DNA of 53,992 nt from a virus (lineage: Duplodnaviria > Caudoviricetes): IMG/VR virus record IMGVR_UViG_3300045107_000078, positions 1-53,992 of that record; one strand, 5' to 3'. The notes below the pieces were generated by a model. That model searched no databases. It was not told where the DNA came from and saw nothing but the letters and a program-made list of their open reading frames with translations. The position numbers were made by a program, and so were the translations under genes. Shown piece after piece: positions 8,648-17,132 of this stretch (position 1 is its first letter; each line of letters begins with the position of its first letter).

Positions 8648-9877
8648 TTATTCCTCGTCTCTGTCGCCCAGCAGTCCCTTGTGACGCTTATAGAACGCGA
8701 GTTGGTCGGCGTAATCCCGCTTCGAGTCGAACAGCCATTCGTCGGGGTTTTCCTCGACATCAGCCTCGAACGGCAGCACGACATAGCGGGCGTCCAGCTT
8801 GATTTCGCTCATCTCCTTGAACATCCCGCGCACGGCGTCAATCTCCGCCTGATAGCGGCCCATGATTTCACTCATGTGGCGCTCGACGGCTTCGCGCAGC
8901 GCCCGCGCCTGGTCGTGGGCATAATCGCGGGCGTCCTCGCTGTAGTAGGGGCTGAGTGCATCGCGCACCATGTCAGCCAACACGCCGGGGTAGAGGGCTT
9001 CGAGTGCGTCCAGTTCGCACGCACCTGCGCCGAACGCAGCTTCGAACTTCCCGGCCCGCTTCTCCGTCTCCTTGATGGGGATGCGCGGCAGGTTGTAGCG
9101 CTCGATCTGCTCGGCATTCAGCGCCAGCGGGCGGATTTTGACATCCAGTTCGGGGTAGTCGCCCTCGGCGAGGATGAATTCGACCTTGCGGCTGGTCGCA
9201 ACGGGCATAGAGTTGCCTGCTGGGTCGAAGTCGCTGATATAGAAAACCCGCGTCGGCTTGCCACCGCGCTCCTGAATGCGCTTCACCAGCTTATTGCAGG
9301 CCGTGATGCTGGCCTCGCCCTCGAACGTCACCAGAGTCGCGCCGTACTCCCGCGCAATGGGGAGCAGGATGTCATTCATGGTGGATTTCTCGCACCAGAT
9401 TTCCATGTAGTAGGGCTGGGCATTCGCATCGCCTGGCCCGTACAGGTTGACCTCCGGCTCGTCCAGATTGGGTACTGGCACTTCAAAGGTGATGTTGGAG
9501 CGGTAGTTGTGAAAGGTCGTGGTCTGTGGTTCAGGGTTCTTGTTGTCCTGAATCTGGTCGATGCCGACATACCCCAGATACCGGGCCATCTTCGCCGCCT
9601 GGGTGAGGTATTTCCAGCACGCCTCAGTGTTCTCGTAGGTTTCGCCGTTGTGCATCCGGTAGTTGCCCTGCGACACTACCCAATAGTGCGCCCGGCGCAG
9701 GTGGACGCCGCTGGTGTAGCCCGCGTCATCCCATACGCCCCTGAACCATTCCGCCATCAGGACATCGGTGGGCTTGCCCGCATAGAACGGGTCGTTCTTC
9801 GGGCTGAGGGCCAGCAGGTGAACGACGCTGATCTTGGTATCAGCTGCGATTTGCTTCAGGCGCTTATAGCTCATCAT
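8648..9877 (-). CDS. Topoisomerase VI subunit A / Spo11-like (Mini-A-type) TOPRIM protein
   Basis: HLRRAHY (candidate catalytic Tyr), EIWCEK, YISDFDPAG, RPLALNAEQI..YNLP, ELDAL; AAGGAG RBS. Confidence 0.75.
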   Translation of the reverse strand: MMSYKRLKQIAADTKISVVHLLALSPKNDPFYAGKPTDVLMAEWFRGVWDDAGYTSGVHLRRAHYWVVSQGNYRMHNGETYENTEACWKYLTQAAKMARYLGYVGIDQIQDNKNPEPQTTTFHNYRSNITFEVPVPNLDEPEVNLYGPGDANAQPYYMEIWCEKSTMNDILLPIAREYGATLVTFEGEASITACNKLVKRIQERGGKPTRVFYISDFDPAGNSMPVATSRKVEFILAEGDYPELDVKIRPLALNAEQIERYNLPRIPIKETEKRAGKFEAAFGAGACELDALEALYPGVLADMVRDALSPYYSEDARDYAHDQARALREAVERHMSEIMGRYQAEIDAVRGMFKEMSEIKLDARYVVLPFEADVEENPDEWLFDSKRDYADQLAFYKRHKGLLGDRDEE

Positions 9878-10032
9878 GGTGGTTGTAGTCTCCTTCGGTC
9901 TGTGGCTATCGGGACAGTTCGGCCAGTTGTTTCCGCAGGCGGGCCAGTTCCTTGCGGTCGGTGTTTGACAGCCACCGCCCGCTAGATGTCCAGTCCGCGC
10001 GGGCGGCGTGCTGTGTCGGATTAGTTGGCGAT

Positions 10033-10863
10033 TCACGCCGGCGCGTCTGCGCACTCTGGTGTGGCCGTTTCCGCTGCATACACATACAGCACGCCGTCCA
10101 TGTCGCACAGCACGACGTAACCTTTCCGCCACACTTCCCAACGTCGCGTCGCGTGGTCGCGGTGTTTCTGGTCAATATTCAGGTCAGCACAGACAAACTC
10201 AACCTCGTTGTATAAGGCAGCGCCCCAGGCAGCGTTCCAGGCAGCGTCCCAGATAGTGTTCCAGGCAGCGGCCCTGGCAGCGGCCCTGGCAGCGTTCCAG
10301 GCAGCGTCCCTGGCAGCGTCCCTGGCAGCGTTCCAGGCAGCGGCCCCGGCAGCGCCCCTGGCCGCGCCCCAGGCAGCGTTCCTGGCAGCGTCCCAGGCAG
10401 TGTTCCAGGCAGCGGCCCTGGCAGCGGCCCCGGCAGCGCCCCTGGCCGCGCCCCAGGCAGCGGCCCAGGTCGGCGCGGTAAACAACTTCCACTCCGGCAG
10501 TGGCCTGCCGTCGGGTTTGAAGAATGGCACAGCCTTTAGGCTGGCGACAAAATTTTGCGACCGCTGCCACCAGTCTGGATGCGGCACTTCGCGCAGCAGC
10601 CGCGCTCGGCGGAAGGCGATCTTGTCTTCTTCGGCGTCGCAGTCGCCTTCGCCCTCCGCGACGAAGAGGCGGCAGCCCGTCCTGTACCATTTGCTGGGTT
10701 CGGTCGTCAGGTGCAGACCGTTGCTGCACACCACAATCTCTCCCTCGACTTCTGCCCATGCGCCCGGCGTCCACACACCGTTCTCCTCAGTCGGCAGCGA
10801 CCACGTTAAGTCGCCGCCATGCAGGCTTTCTCCATTTTTTCCAGTTACTTTGTAGTACGTCAT
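10033..10863 (-). CDS. phage protein with AAW/AAR tandem repeats
   Basis: YYKVT...CSNGLH N-terminal domain followed by AAW(N/D/G)AAR repeats, a type common in phages. Confidence 0.75.
   Translation of the reverse strand: MTYYKVTGKNGESLHGGDLTWSLPTEENGVWTPGAWAEVEGEIVVCSNGLHLTTEPSKWYRTGCRLFVAEGEGDCDAEEDKIAFRRARLLREVPHPDWWQRSQNFVASLKAVPFFKPDGRPLPEWKLFTAPTWAAAWGAARGAAGAAARAAAWNTAWDAARNAAWGAARGAAGAAAWNAARDAARDAAWNAARAAARAAAWNTIWDAAWNAAWGAALYNEVEFVCADLNIDQKHRDHATRRWEVWRKGYVVLCDMDGVLYVYAAETATPECADAPA
10216..10468. repeat. coding tandem repeat, about 12-bp unit (GGCAGCGNYCCN)
   Basis: Roughly 20 degenerate 12-bp units encoding AAW/AAR tetrapeptides. Confidence 0.85.
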
Positions 10864-10916
10864 GCGCTTCTCCTGTTGAATATTCGGTTGAGATTTTGCG
10901 AACGAGTTAGTGCTAA

Positions 10917-11039
10917 CTACCGGAACTGGATGCGAACGACGATACAGGGCAGGGGACAGGCATAGACCGTCCGGTTTTTCCGGTCGATGTAGACCCCCAC
11001 CCACAGGTCAAACCACTTAAAGAGCAGGTTCACGCGCAT
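10917..11039 (-). CDS. 40-aa hydrophobic phage protein
   Basis: MRVNLLFKWFDLWVGVYIDRKNRTVYACPLPCIVVRIQFR resembles a recurrent small phage protein; AAGGAG RBS. Confidence 0.6.
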   Translation of the reverse strand: MRVNLLFKWFDLWVGVYIDRKNRTVYACPLPCIVVRIQFR

Positions 11040-11238
11040 CGGCGGGTTGCTCCTTGACGTTGACCCTGTGCAGCAGCCGTGAGTGCCACCAGCGGGTCGG
11101 CCCGCCATCCTCACGGACTTCGAACTCCTGGCCGCGCTCGGTCTGTTCGAACGCGACCACTTCGCCCAGCACACGGCGATTGCGATTCCAGCGGTAAACC
11201 CGCTGGCCGATGGTGAATCTTGCCTTGGGACTCTTCAT
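11017..11238 (-). CDS. small SH3/KOW-like beta-barrel protein
   Basis: KARFTIGQRV...GEVV pattern; GGAGGAG RBS. Confidence 0.55.
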   Translation of the reverse strand: MKSPKARFTIGQRVYRWNRNRRVLGEVVAFEQTERGQEFEVREDGGPTRWWHSRLLHRVNVKEQPADAREPAL

Positions 11239-11591
11239 TCTCCTCCCTCTCTACAGAACCGGTTCTGAACTTCTTCGATGTTGATGCCCTGGCTGCGCAG
11301 GAACCGGCCCAGGTTGTGGTGGTTCTTGATGCGTCTCTCGTCGTTGCGAGTGCCACGAGCGGACCAAACGAGGTGGATGCGGATGCCTTGCTGAACGGCA
11401 GCGCGGGTGAAGCTGCTGCCGCGTCCGGCGCGATGGTGGTGGATGCGGGCGTCGAGGTACTTCGCCCAGCCGCAGTAAAATCGGGCTTGGTGCCGGTCAT
11501 TGCCCAGCGGGCGCTCCAGCATCAGGATGTACACGAAGCCTTGAGTGGTGGGGTCGGTTGTTGGGAGAACCGGTTCTCGATGTTTCGGCAC
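11235..11591 (-). CDS. GIY-YIG nuclease family protein
   Basis: FVYIL...FYCGWA..LDARI.HH..G.GS.FT...ERRIK. Confidence 0.8.
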   Translation of the reverse strand: MPKHREPVLPTTDPTTQGFVYILMLERPLGNDRHQARFYCGWAKYLDARIHHHRAGRGSSFTRAAVQQGIRIHLVWSARGTRNDERRIKNHHNLGRFLRSQGINIEEVQNRFCREGGE

Positions 11592-11611
11592 GGAATAACC
11601 TCCAGATAGAC

Positions 11612-11625
11612 CTAATTATAGCAGA
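11612..11625 (-). promoter_or_regulatory. extended -10 promoter (TCTGCTATAATTAG)
   Basis: TGnTATAAT upstream of the GGAGG RBS of the GIY-YIG gene; identical to 8307-8320. Confidence 0.65.
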
Positions 11626-11643
11626 ATTGCTGATTTCGTGCCA

Positions 11644-11766
11644 TTAGGATTTATGGGATTTGTAGTCCCTGTCCTGCTGGTCCTTAGCGGGGTCAGAGCC
11701 TTCGCCCTTACGGACGGAAGGCTTCTTGACGACAGTGGGCTGAGTGGTGGTCGAAGGGCGCTTCAT
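11644..11766 (-). CDS. 40-aa hydrophilic peptide (not in the ORF track)
   Basis: AAGGA-CTAATC-ATG directly after the upstream stop; MKRPSTTTQPTVVKKPSVRKGEGSDPAKDQQDRDYKSHKS. Confidence 0.35.
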   Translation of the reverse strand: MKRPSTTTQPTVVKKPSVRKGEGSDPAKDQQDRDYKSHKS

Positions 11767-11768
11767 GA

Positions 11769-12095
11769 TTAGTCCTTCTTGCGGATGATAACGCGGGTCT
11801 GGACGCGGTGGCGGATGACCACTTCCGTGATGGCGTCGAACTCGGCAGCGACATCCTCAATGGTCTTCTTCCAGGCGTCGAGTTCGTTATTGTGGATGAG
11901 GTCCGAGACGATGAGGTTGTGGCCGTCGAGTGTGAATTTGGCGAACTTGGTGAGGTCGCGGTTGACGAGTGAGCCCATGACTGTGATGCCATTCCAGCGA
12001 GAGTAGCCGCGCTCCATCTTGATCGTGGCCTCAATCTCAATGGGATGATCGGCATTGTCAGCAGGGCCAGCAGACGTAATGGTGAGTGTGGACAT
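11769..12095 (-). CDS. hypothetical protein
   Basis: AAGGAG RBS before ATG 12095. Confidence 0.65.
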   Translation of the reverse strand: MSTLTITSAGPADNADHPIEIEATIKMERGYSRWNGITVMGSLVNRDLTKFAKFTLDGHNLIVSDLIHNNELDAWKKTIEDVAAEFDAITEVVIRHRVQTRVIIRKKD

Positions 12096-12234
12096 AGAGA
12101 GAGAACTCCTTATAGATAGAGAGACAGAACGGATAGATGGAAAGGTGGGGTAGGTGCCCACCTGGTTGTTGACGGTCGAGACGTGCTCCCAATGCAGTGC
12201 TGGGGGTGTGTGACGTGGTACGGGGGTTAGAACC

Positions 12235-12498
12235 CTATGCCGACGGATCCACCTCCAGAATTTCCAGCGGCTGCGGATTGAGCCAGGTGTAGCGGGTGAC
12301 GTGCTGGTACTCATCCTTGAGCACAGCCGTCTCCATATAGGGCTTGTGGGCATTGAGGATGCGGTTGAGGGCTTCGATGCGGCCCACCGTGACGTTGTGA
12401 TAGGTATTGCTGCCGCCTGGACGGTAGACAGTGACATTGTGGATGGCGCCATCATAGAGGGAGGCGACGGTGAGTTCTGCATAGCGGTTGATGAGCAT
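12235..12498 (-). CDS. hypothetical protein
   Basis: GAAAGG RBS; same strand as neighbours. Confidence 0.55.
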   Translation of the reverse strand: MLINRYAELTVASLYDGAIHNVTVYRPGGSNTYHNVTVGRIEALNRILNAHKPYMETAVLKDEYQHVTRYTWLNPQPLEILEVDPSA

Positions 12499-12672
12499 GG
12501 TGCTGATACCTTTCTCAATGAGCCTGTATAGAGGGAGAGCCTGTCTTCGACTGGTGGCCGGCGGGTGTGCGGGGCCGGTGGATGTGCTTATGGCGACGGT
12601 ATACGTCTGCCGACGATGTGTACCAGTGAGGGTGGGTGGCCGCGTGGGGGTCCTTGCTCCCTCAGCGCGTGG

Positions 12673-13356
12673 TTACGCATGGCGGCTCCAATCGCAGGTG
12701 CTGTAGTAGTGCAACCAGGCACGATAGCTGCCGATGACGGTGCTGGAGATAAAGCGCTCATAGTTCTCGCTGCGCTTATCCAGCGGGATATAGGCACCGT
12801 CGCGCAGGCCCACCTCAATGGCAAGCATGACCGGATGCTCGACCTGCTGGGCGCGGATGTAGTCCTGGAAGCGGAAGGCGCCCGCATCCTTGGGGTTGTC
12901 GGCCATGTACTTCTTCATGTCCGGAGCGCTCATCACGCGCTGGATGGCAGCAGTGATGTTATCGTTATGCTCCTTCGCCAGTTCCGCCTGCACGTCCTGA
13001 TAGGGCTGGCCGATTTGCCCATCGACGTAGTAGAACAGCTTGCCATCCTTATAGATGAAGCCGGTCTCCTTCTGGTCGCGGTGCAGGATGTAGATGGTGC
13101 TGGGGTCGGCGGGGTCGTCCTCAATGCTGAAGAGTTCCGCGATGGCGAGTGCCCAGCCCGCACTCTTGAAGTTGATGAGGTGGCGGTTGATGCGGTGCAG
13201 TCCAGCGGCGTCAGCCTCATAGATGCGGCCACCACACTTCAGTGAGACGTTCCAACGCTGCCAATCGGGTTCAGCGTTGTCAATCCATGACAGGTCCAGG
13301 TCCTCAGTGGGCATCTGGCTCGGCAGAACGGGTGCATCTTCGACGATCATTGGCAT
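12673..13356 (-). CDS. hypothetical protein
   Basis: AAGGAG RBS; 227 aa. Confidence 0.7.
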   Translation of the reverse strand: MPMIVEDAPVLPSQMPTEDLDLSWIDNAEPDWQRWNVSLKCGGRIYEADAAGLHRINRHLINFKSAGWALAIAELFSIEDDPADPSTIYILHRDQKETGFIYKDGKLFYYVDGQIGQPYQDVQAELAKEHNDNITAAIQRVMSAPDMKKYMADNPKDAGAFRFQDYIRAQQVEHPVMLAIEVGLRDGAYIPLDKRSENYERFISSTVIGSYRAWLHYYSTCDWSRHA

Positions 13357-13385
13357 GGCAAAGTCTCCTTGTAGAAACGAAATAG

Positions 13386-13413
13386 GAGGCTCAGAGAACC
13401 GGTTCTGAGCCTC
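13386..13413 (-). promoter_or_regulatory. intergenic stem-loop containing the 12-bp palindrome
   Basis: GAGGCTCAGA...TCTGAGCCTC followed by a pyrimidine tract and RBS on the minus strand. Confidence 0.6.
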
Positions 13414-13425
13414 TAGGATAACAAA

Positions 13426-14121
13426 TTAGGCAGCAACCTGCCTGCGTTCCTTCTCGGCACCATAAGCCAGTGCCTTCAGGACGAATGACTTGTCCGCTGG
13501 CTTGTCACTGCCAGGGACCACGAAGCGGATGCTGCGGCCCATCGCCAGCAGCGCCAATACAACGTGCTTGGTGATGACTTCGCGCACGTCCATGTTGTTC
13601 CGGCGGGCCTTGTCGCGCAGCTGATTCAGCCGTTCGTGGCACAGGCCGGTGTCGATATTGCGCACGTCCCAATAGCCGTCCTTGCGGCGAATCTCGGAGA
13701 CGTGGCCGGTGTTGGTGGAGAGGCGCACAACCTTCTCATCCACCTCAATGATGTTCGCCGTGCCGCGATTCCACTGCACGAAGGCGCGGGCCACCTGCGC
13801 GATGTTGTCGAAGGTGGCAGCGATGGGGTAGGCGGCGGGGTCGTCGCTGAGGAACGACTGCGCCAGCGGGCGGGCGCCCTGCATCAGCAGGTTGGCCGTG
13901 TGGATGACCGCGTTCCCGAACTGTGCGCCCAGGTCGTCCTTAGCGTCGGCCAGCACGGTCTCAGCCACCTCAATGCAGGTTTCGAGTTCGGCATCGCGCA
14001 GCGCGGCGATACGCTCGGCCTGGATGGTGTCCCATTCGGCCTTGCCTGCTTCCATTGCGGCGAGAGCGACGTCAGCGATCTTGGTGGCGGCGGTCTTCTG
14101 TGAGCGGATAGTGGTAGCCAT
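13426..14121 (-). CDS. hypothetical protein
   Basis: AAGGAGG RBS; 231 aa. Confidence 0.7.
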   Translation of the reverse strand: MATTIRSQKTAATKIADVALAAMEAGKAEWDTIQAERIAALRDAELETCIEVAETVLADAKDDLGAQFGNAVIHTANLLMQGARPLAQSFLSDDPAAYPIAATFDNIAQVARAFVQWNRGTANIIEVDEKVVRLSTNTGHVSEIRRKDGYWDVRNIDTGLCHERLNQLRDKARRNNMDVREVITKHVVLALLAMGRSIRFVVPGSDKPADKSFVLKALAYGAEKERRQVAA

Positions 14122-14156
14122 AGTAACAGTGCCTCCTTAAGGCGAGTAAAAAGAAA

Positions 14157-14170
14157 GGGCGATAGTGCCC
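14157..14170 (-). promoter_or_regulatory. conserved-loop hairpin plus U-tract, 36 nt before an ATG
   Basis: GGGC-GATAGT-GCCC on the plus strand; same layout at 16278 and 16660. Confidence 0.55.
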
Positions 14171-14216
14171 ACTCTGCCCATGAACTCCAGAACTGGTTCT
14201 CATGGGCAGTAACGAA

Positions 14217-14576
14217 CTATCGCACGTACTGGCGGATGCGACCGGCAACGATACGGCTGTAGAAGTCGTCGGTCCGTTTGCGGGCAGCGATGATTTCGAC
14301 GCCGCCTCGGATGTAGCGGAAAACCATACGGATTTCGCAATCGCAAGTGTGGCGCATCTCCTTGCTGGGCTTCCAGCGGAAGTAACCTGGCATGGATTCG
14401 AGTTCCACAATGTCGTCGAACTTGATGTTACCCAGCGCAATACGCTTGGCCGCTTTCAGCACCTCAGTGGCCTGGGGGACCGTGAGGGTAGGGGTGTCCT
14501 GTTCGTCTACCACATTGAGGATGGACAGACGGCAGCTATTGTCGAGTTGGATGCTCTTGACCGAGAAGTTGGGCAT
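14217..14576 (-). CDS. RelE/ParE-like toxin-fold protein
   Basis: L...PGYFR.....IRMVFR......EIIAARKR.D.FY C-terminal pattern; GAGG RBS. Confidence 0.5.
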   Translation of the reverse strand: MPNFSVKSIQLDNSCRLSILNVVDEQDTPTLTVPQATEVLKAAKRIALGNIKFDDIVELESMPGYFRWKPSKEMRHTCDCEIRMVFRYIRGGVEIIAARKRTDDFYSRIVAGRIRQYVR

Positions 14577-14587
14577 GATAGACCTCG

Positions 14588-15028
14588 TTAGTTGGCCCAC
14601 GCTGGGGCGTCTTCGTCGCGGTAGAAAGTGGCGGGTGGCGGTTCCTGGCTGACAATACGGCGAACCGGTTCTGGCTGGCGCTGGGGGACCTGTTCGGTCC
14701 CCAGCGAAGGATATGCTGGCAGCAGTTCGCCGTTCTCGACGTAATGGGTCACGCCAAACAGCTTGCCGATGTACTTGCCAGCCACGATGTTGCCATCGAC
14801 GACCATCACCTCCAGGCCCAGGCGATGCGCTTCGTTGCACACCTTGACGGTGTTGAGCACAACGCGGTCCTCTGAGGCCATGGCCTCGTCGATGCTGATG
14901 TAGCCATCGGGAATCTGGTTCGCCTTCTTGCGATACTGCGGGCGCACCTTCTTCTCAATGACGATGGGGTTGAAGCGATGCCAGAGCACCGCCGCGACGA
15001 AAAGAACGAAGAACAGTCCGGTAAGCAC
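14588..15028 (-). CDS. membrane-anchored hypothetical protein
   Basis: N-terminal hydrophobic helix LFFVLFVAAVLW; GGAGG RBS. Confidence 0.6.
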   Translation of the reverse strand: MLTGLFFVLFVAAVLWHRFNPIVIEKKVRPQYRKKANQIPDGYISIDEAMASEDRVVLNTVKVCNEAHRLGLEVMVVDGNIVAGKYIGKLFGVTHYVENGELLPAYPSLGTEQVPQRQPEPVRRIVSQEPPPATFYRDEDAPAWAN

Positions 15029-15056
15029 GATTGACCTCCGTGCAAGCTAAAAAGGA

Positions 15057-15088
15057 CAAATAAAAACCCCTCTTTCCAGAGGGGCTTT
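15057..15088 (-). terminator. intrinsic terminator-like hairpin
   Basis: CCCCTCT-GGAA-AGAGGGG followed by TTTTTATTT on the minus strand. Confidence 0.7.
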
Positions 15089-15110
15089 GATTTGCACTAT
15101 TTAGTTGTGA

Positions 15111-15398
15111 TTACTGGAGCACGGGCTGGGGCATGAACATCTCATTGAAGGCGAAGAGACCAGCTTCTGCGGTTGCGAACAGGGCCTTGCTGGTGGATAG
15201 GCCATGATGCTTGGCATAGGCCATCGCACCTTCCCGTATCAACCTGCTGATTTCCCTCACATCCCCATCCTGTGCTATAAGCACATGCGCTGCTTGTACC
15301 TCAGTGCTACCAGGCATATCCCTGTGCAGTAGGTCTGTCAGTGGTACACCATCTGGTAGTGTGGTGTATTCAAGCAATGCCCTTTTGAAAGACAACAT
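15111..15398 (-). CDS. hypothetical early protein
   Basis: AAGGAGG RBS before ATG 15398; hairpin at 15418-15441 upstream. Confidence 0.6.
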   Translation of the reverse strand: MLSFKRALLEYTTLPDGVPLTDLLHRDMPGSTEVQAAHVLIAQDGDVREISRLIREGAMAYAKHHGLSTSKALFATAEAGLFAFNEMFMPQPVLQ

Positions 15399-15450
15399 AT
15401 TCCTCCTTGATAGTGTAGGGTAGGGTGATTGCACCCTACCCACACAAGGA

Positions 15451-15774
15451 TTATATGTCTCTTTTCAGTTGCAGAGCTACGTTGTAGGATACAGTGAGTT
15501 CTTCCAGCACAGTCTGACGTAGCAGCGTCATTTCTGCCCAATCATGCGAGAGAGCAGCCTTCTGTGCCTTGGACGTAGCCTGCTGTGCAGCAATGCGCAG
15601 TTCTTCCTCTTCCTCAGTGGGTGAGGACAGAATAGCCTTCATGTCCTGCACCCACTCGATGTACAGTGCAATGCGACCCTGCTTCTCAGCAAAGCCAATC
15701 GAACTGTCCTTAGCGAGGATGTAAAACTGAGCAATGTTCCTGCGAACTGAAATGAGATAGGTAATTTGAGGCAC
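15451..15774 (-). CDS. hypothetical early protein
   Basis: AAAGGAG RBS; GTG start. Confidence 0.6.
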   Translation of the reverse strand: MPQITYLISVRRNIAQFYILAKDSSIGFAEKQGRIALYIEWVQDMKAILSSPTEEEEELRIAAQQATSKAQKAALSHDWAEMTLLRQTVLEELTVSYNVALQLKRDI

Positions 15775-15870
15775 GGTATTCTCCTTTCTGTGCCTACGGG
15801 CTGCTTATTCAGCCCACAGAGAGAGCAAGCACAGGGCTTGCTACCTCTAAGGGATAATAAGAACCGGTTC

Positions 15871-16242
15871 TCAGCGAAGACCTACACTGGCAGCAACACG
15901 GTCATTGCGCTGTGCAGTACGTAGCTGACCACGACCATGCACACCAACCCAAGCGTAGATAGCAGCTTCAATGTCACGCTGCTGATTGGTCTTGAGACCC
16001 ATCCGCTTGGCAACAGGCAGAGCCAATTTCGCTGCATCAGCGACGGTATGCACCTTGTCGATGTTGTGGTGGATAATGGCGATCATCCAGCCGTTCTCAG
16101 CCTCAATGCCACAATCGTTGAACACATCAGCGATGATGTCCCGAATCATTGCAGCCTTGAGGTTCGGTGCTTCGTACTCCTCGGACAGTGAGCGGATGGT
16201 GCTGGTAGCGTACTCATTGGACAGCAGTTTGTAGGTAGCCAT
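15871..16242 (-). CDS. hypothetical early protein
   Basis: AGGAG RBS before ATG 16242. Confidence 0.65.
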   Translation of the reverse strand: MATYKLLSNEYATSTIRSLSEEYEAPNLKAAMIRDIIADVFNDCGIEAENGWMIAIIHHNIDKVHTVADAAKLALPVAKRMGLKTNQQRDIEAAIYAWVGVHGRGQLRTAQRNDRVAASVGLR

Positions 16243-16277
16243 GTTGAGAAATCTCCTGTGAGTGAAAAGAAAATAAA

Positions 16278-16293
16278 GAAGCGAAATTGCTTC
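16278..16293 (-). promoter_or_regulatory. conserved-loop hairpin plus U-tract, 36 nt before an ATG
   Basis: GAAGC-GAAATT-GCTTC on the plus strand. Confidence 0.55.
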
Positions 16294-16338
16294 CATTCCT
16301 GCCAGAACAAGAACCCGTTCTGGCAAGTAGCAAGCAAA

Positions 16339-16623
16339 TTAACCCTTGTAAGCACGAATGAATTCCAGCGCGTAGCTTTTATCTGCGCACCCTGCCAATT
16401 CCATCGCTGCAATATGAGCCTGATTGCGCTCACAGCAGTTGTTCATGACATACATGGTCTTGGCGCTGGCCTTCTCGTCGTTGGCCTTGAAGCAGGACGA
16501 AACGGTGTTGTACGCCAGGAACAGTTCGTGCATGCTGTTGCCGGTATAGGCAGCAATGTTCTCCAGGCAGGCGTACACTTCGGCGGCGAACTCGACGTTG
16601 CTGTTGTTGGTGGTTGCGAACAT
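16339..16623 (-). CDS. hypothetical protein, first gene of the leftward arm
   Basis: GAGGAG RBS before ATG 16623. Confidence 0.65.
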   Translation of the reverse strand: MFATTNNSNVEFAAEVYACLENIAAYTGNSMHELFLAYNTVSSCFKANDEKASAKTMYVMNNCCERNQAHIAAMELAGCADKSYALEFIRAYKG

Positions 16624-16659
16624 GATTAAGGTCTCCTCGTGAGAAAATAGAATCAAAAA

Positions 16660-16677
16660 GCCCGCGAAATTGCGGGC
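16660..16677 (-). promoter_or_regulatory. conserved-loop hairpin plus U-tract, 37 nt before an ATG
   Basis: GCCCGC-GAAATT-GCGGGC on the plus strand; TTTTT follows on the minus strand. Confidence 0.6.
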
Positions 16678-16823
16678 CTGAGAGAGAGGGGGCAGGTTCA
16701 CTTTCCACACTCTCAAATCTCACTATAGAAGGGGTCTCTCACGAGAGGGGGTCTAAAAGTCGCCGGAACTGCACTTCTGAATTAGTTATGAATAAACAAA
16801 CCATCAACAAAGCGTAAGAACTC

Positions 16824-16836
16824 TATGCTATAATGT
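16824..16836 (+). promoter_or_regulatory. extended -10 promoter of the rightward (late) arm
   Basis: TATGCTATAATGT; related to 29266 and 39444. Confidence 0.65.
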
Positions 16837-16857
16837 GAGGGACACAAGGAGCGTCCA

Positions 16858-17049
16858 ATGGGTCCATTGATATGGGTAGCAGTCATTGGCGGTCTGGCGG
16901 GGTGGTTTGTACTCACCGTCGCAATCAGCTTTGTGGCGGAACGGGTGCTGCGCATCCCGCATGAGCGGAACTGGCGACCATCGCAACTCTTATCCGCTGC
17001 TGCCGTCTTCGTCTGGCTGGCCTACCAACTCATCACCCGTAAGCCATAA
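16858..17049 (+). CDS. small two-TM membrane protein
   Basis: Two hydrophobic helices; AAGGAG RBS. Confidence 0.6.
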   Translation: MGPLIWVAVIGGLAGWFVLTVAISFVAERVLRIPHERNWRPSQLLSAAAVFVWLAYQLITRKP

Positions 17050-17132
17050 CGCCCTGGCACTGAGGTTCTGGTGCCGGTGTCAAAGACAATCTCCATCGTA
17101 TAAGAACCGGTTCTCTCAAAAAGGGGCCAATC

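Noticed and set aside
8633-9985. Long antisense ORFs such as 8633..9985, 24262..25695, 30762..31985 and 32013..33434
   Set aside because: They mirror well-supported genes on the opposite strand, a common artefact of high GC3
10199-10855. Cys/Arg-repeat ORF (10199..10774) and antisense Ala-rich ORF (10208..10855)
   Set aside because: Alternative-frame shadows of the 12-bp coding repeat in 10033..10863
16718-16732. CTCACTATAGAAG resembling T7/SP6 promoter cores
   Set aside because: Single copy, upstream specificity region does not match, and no T7-type RNAP is encoded
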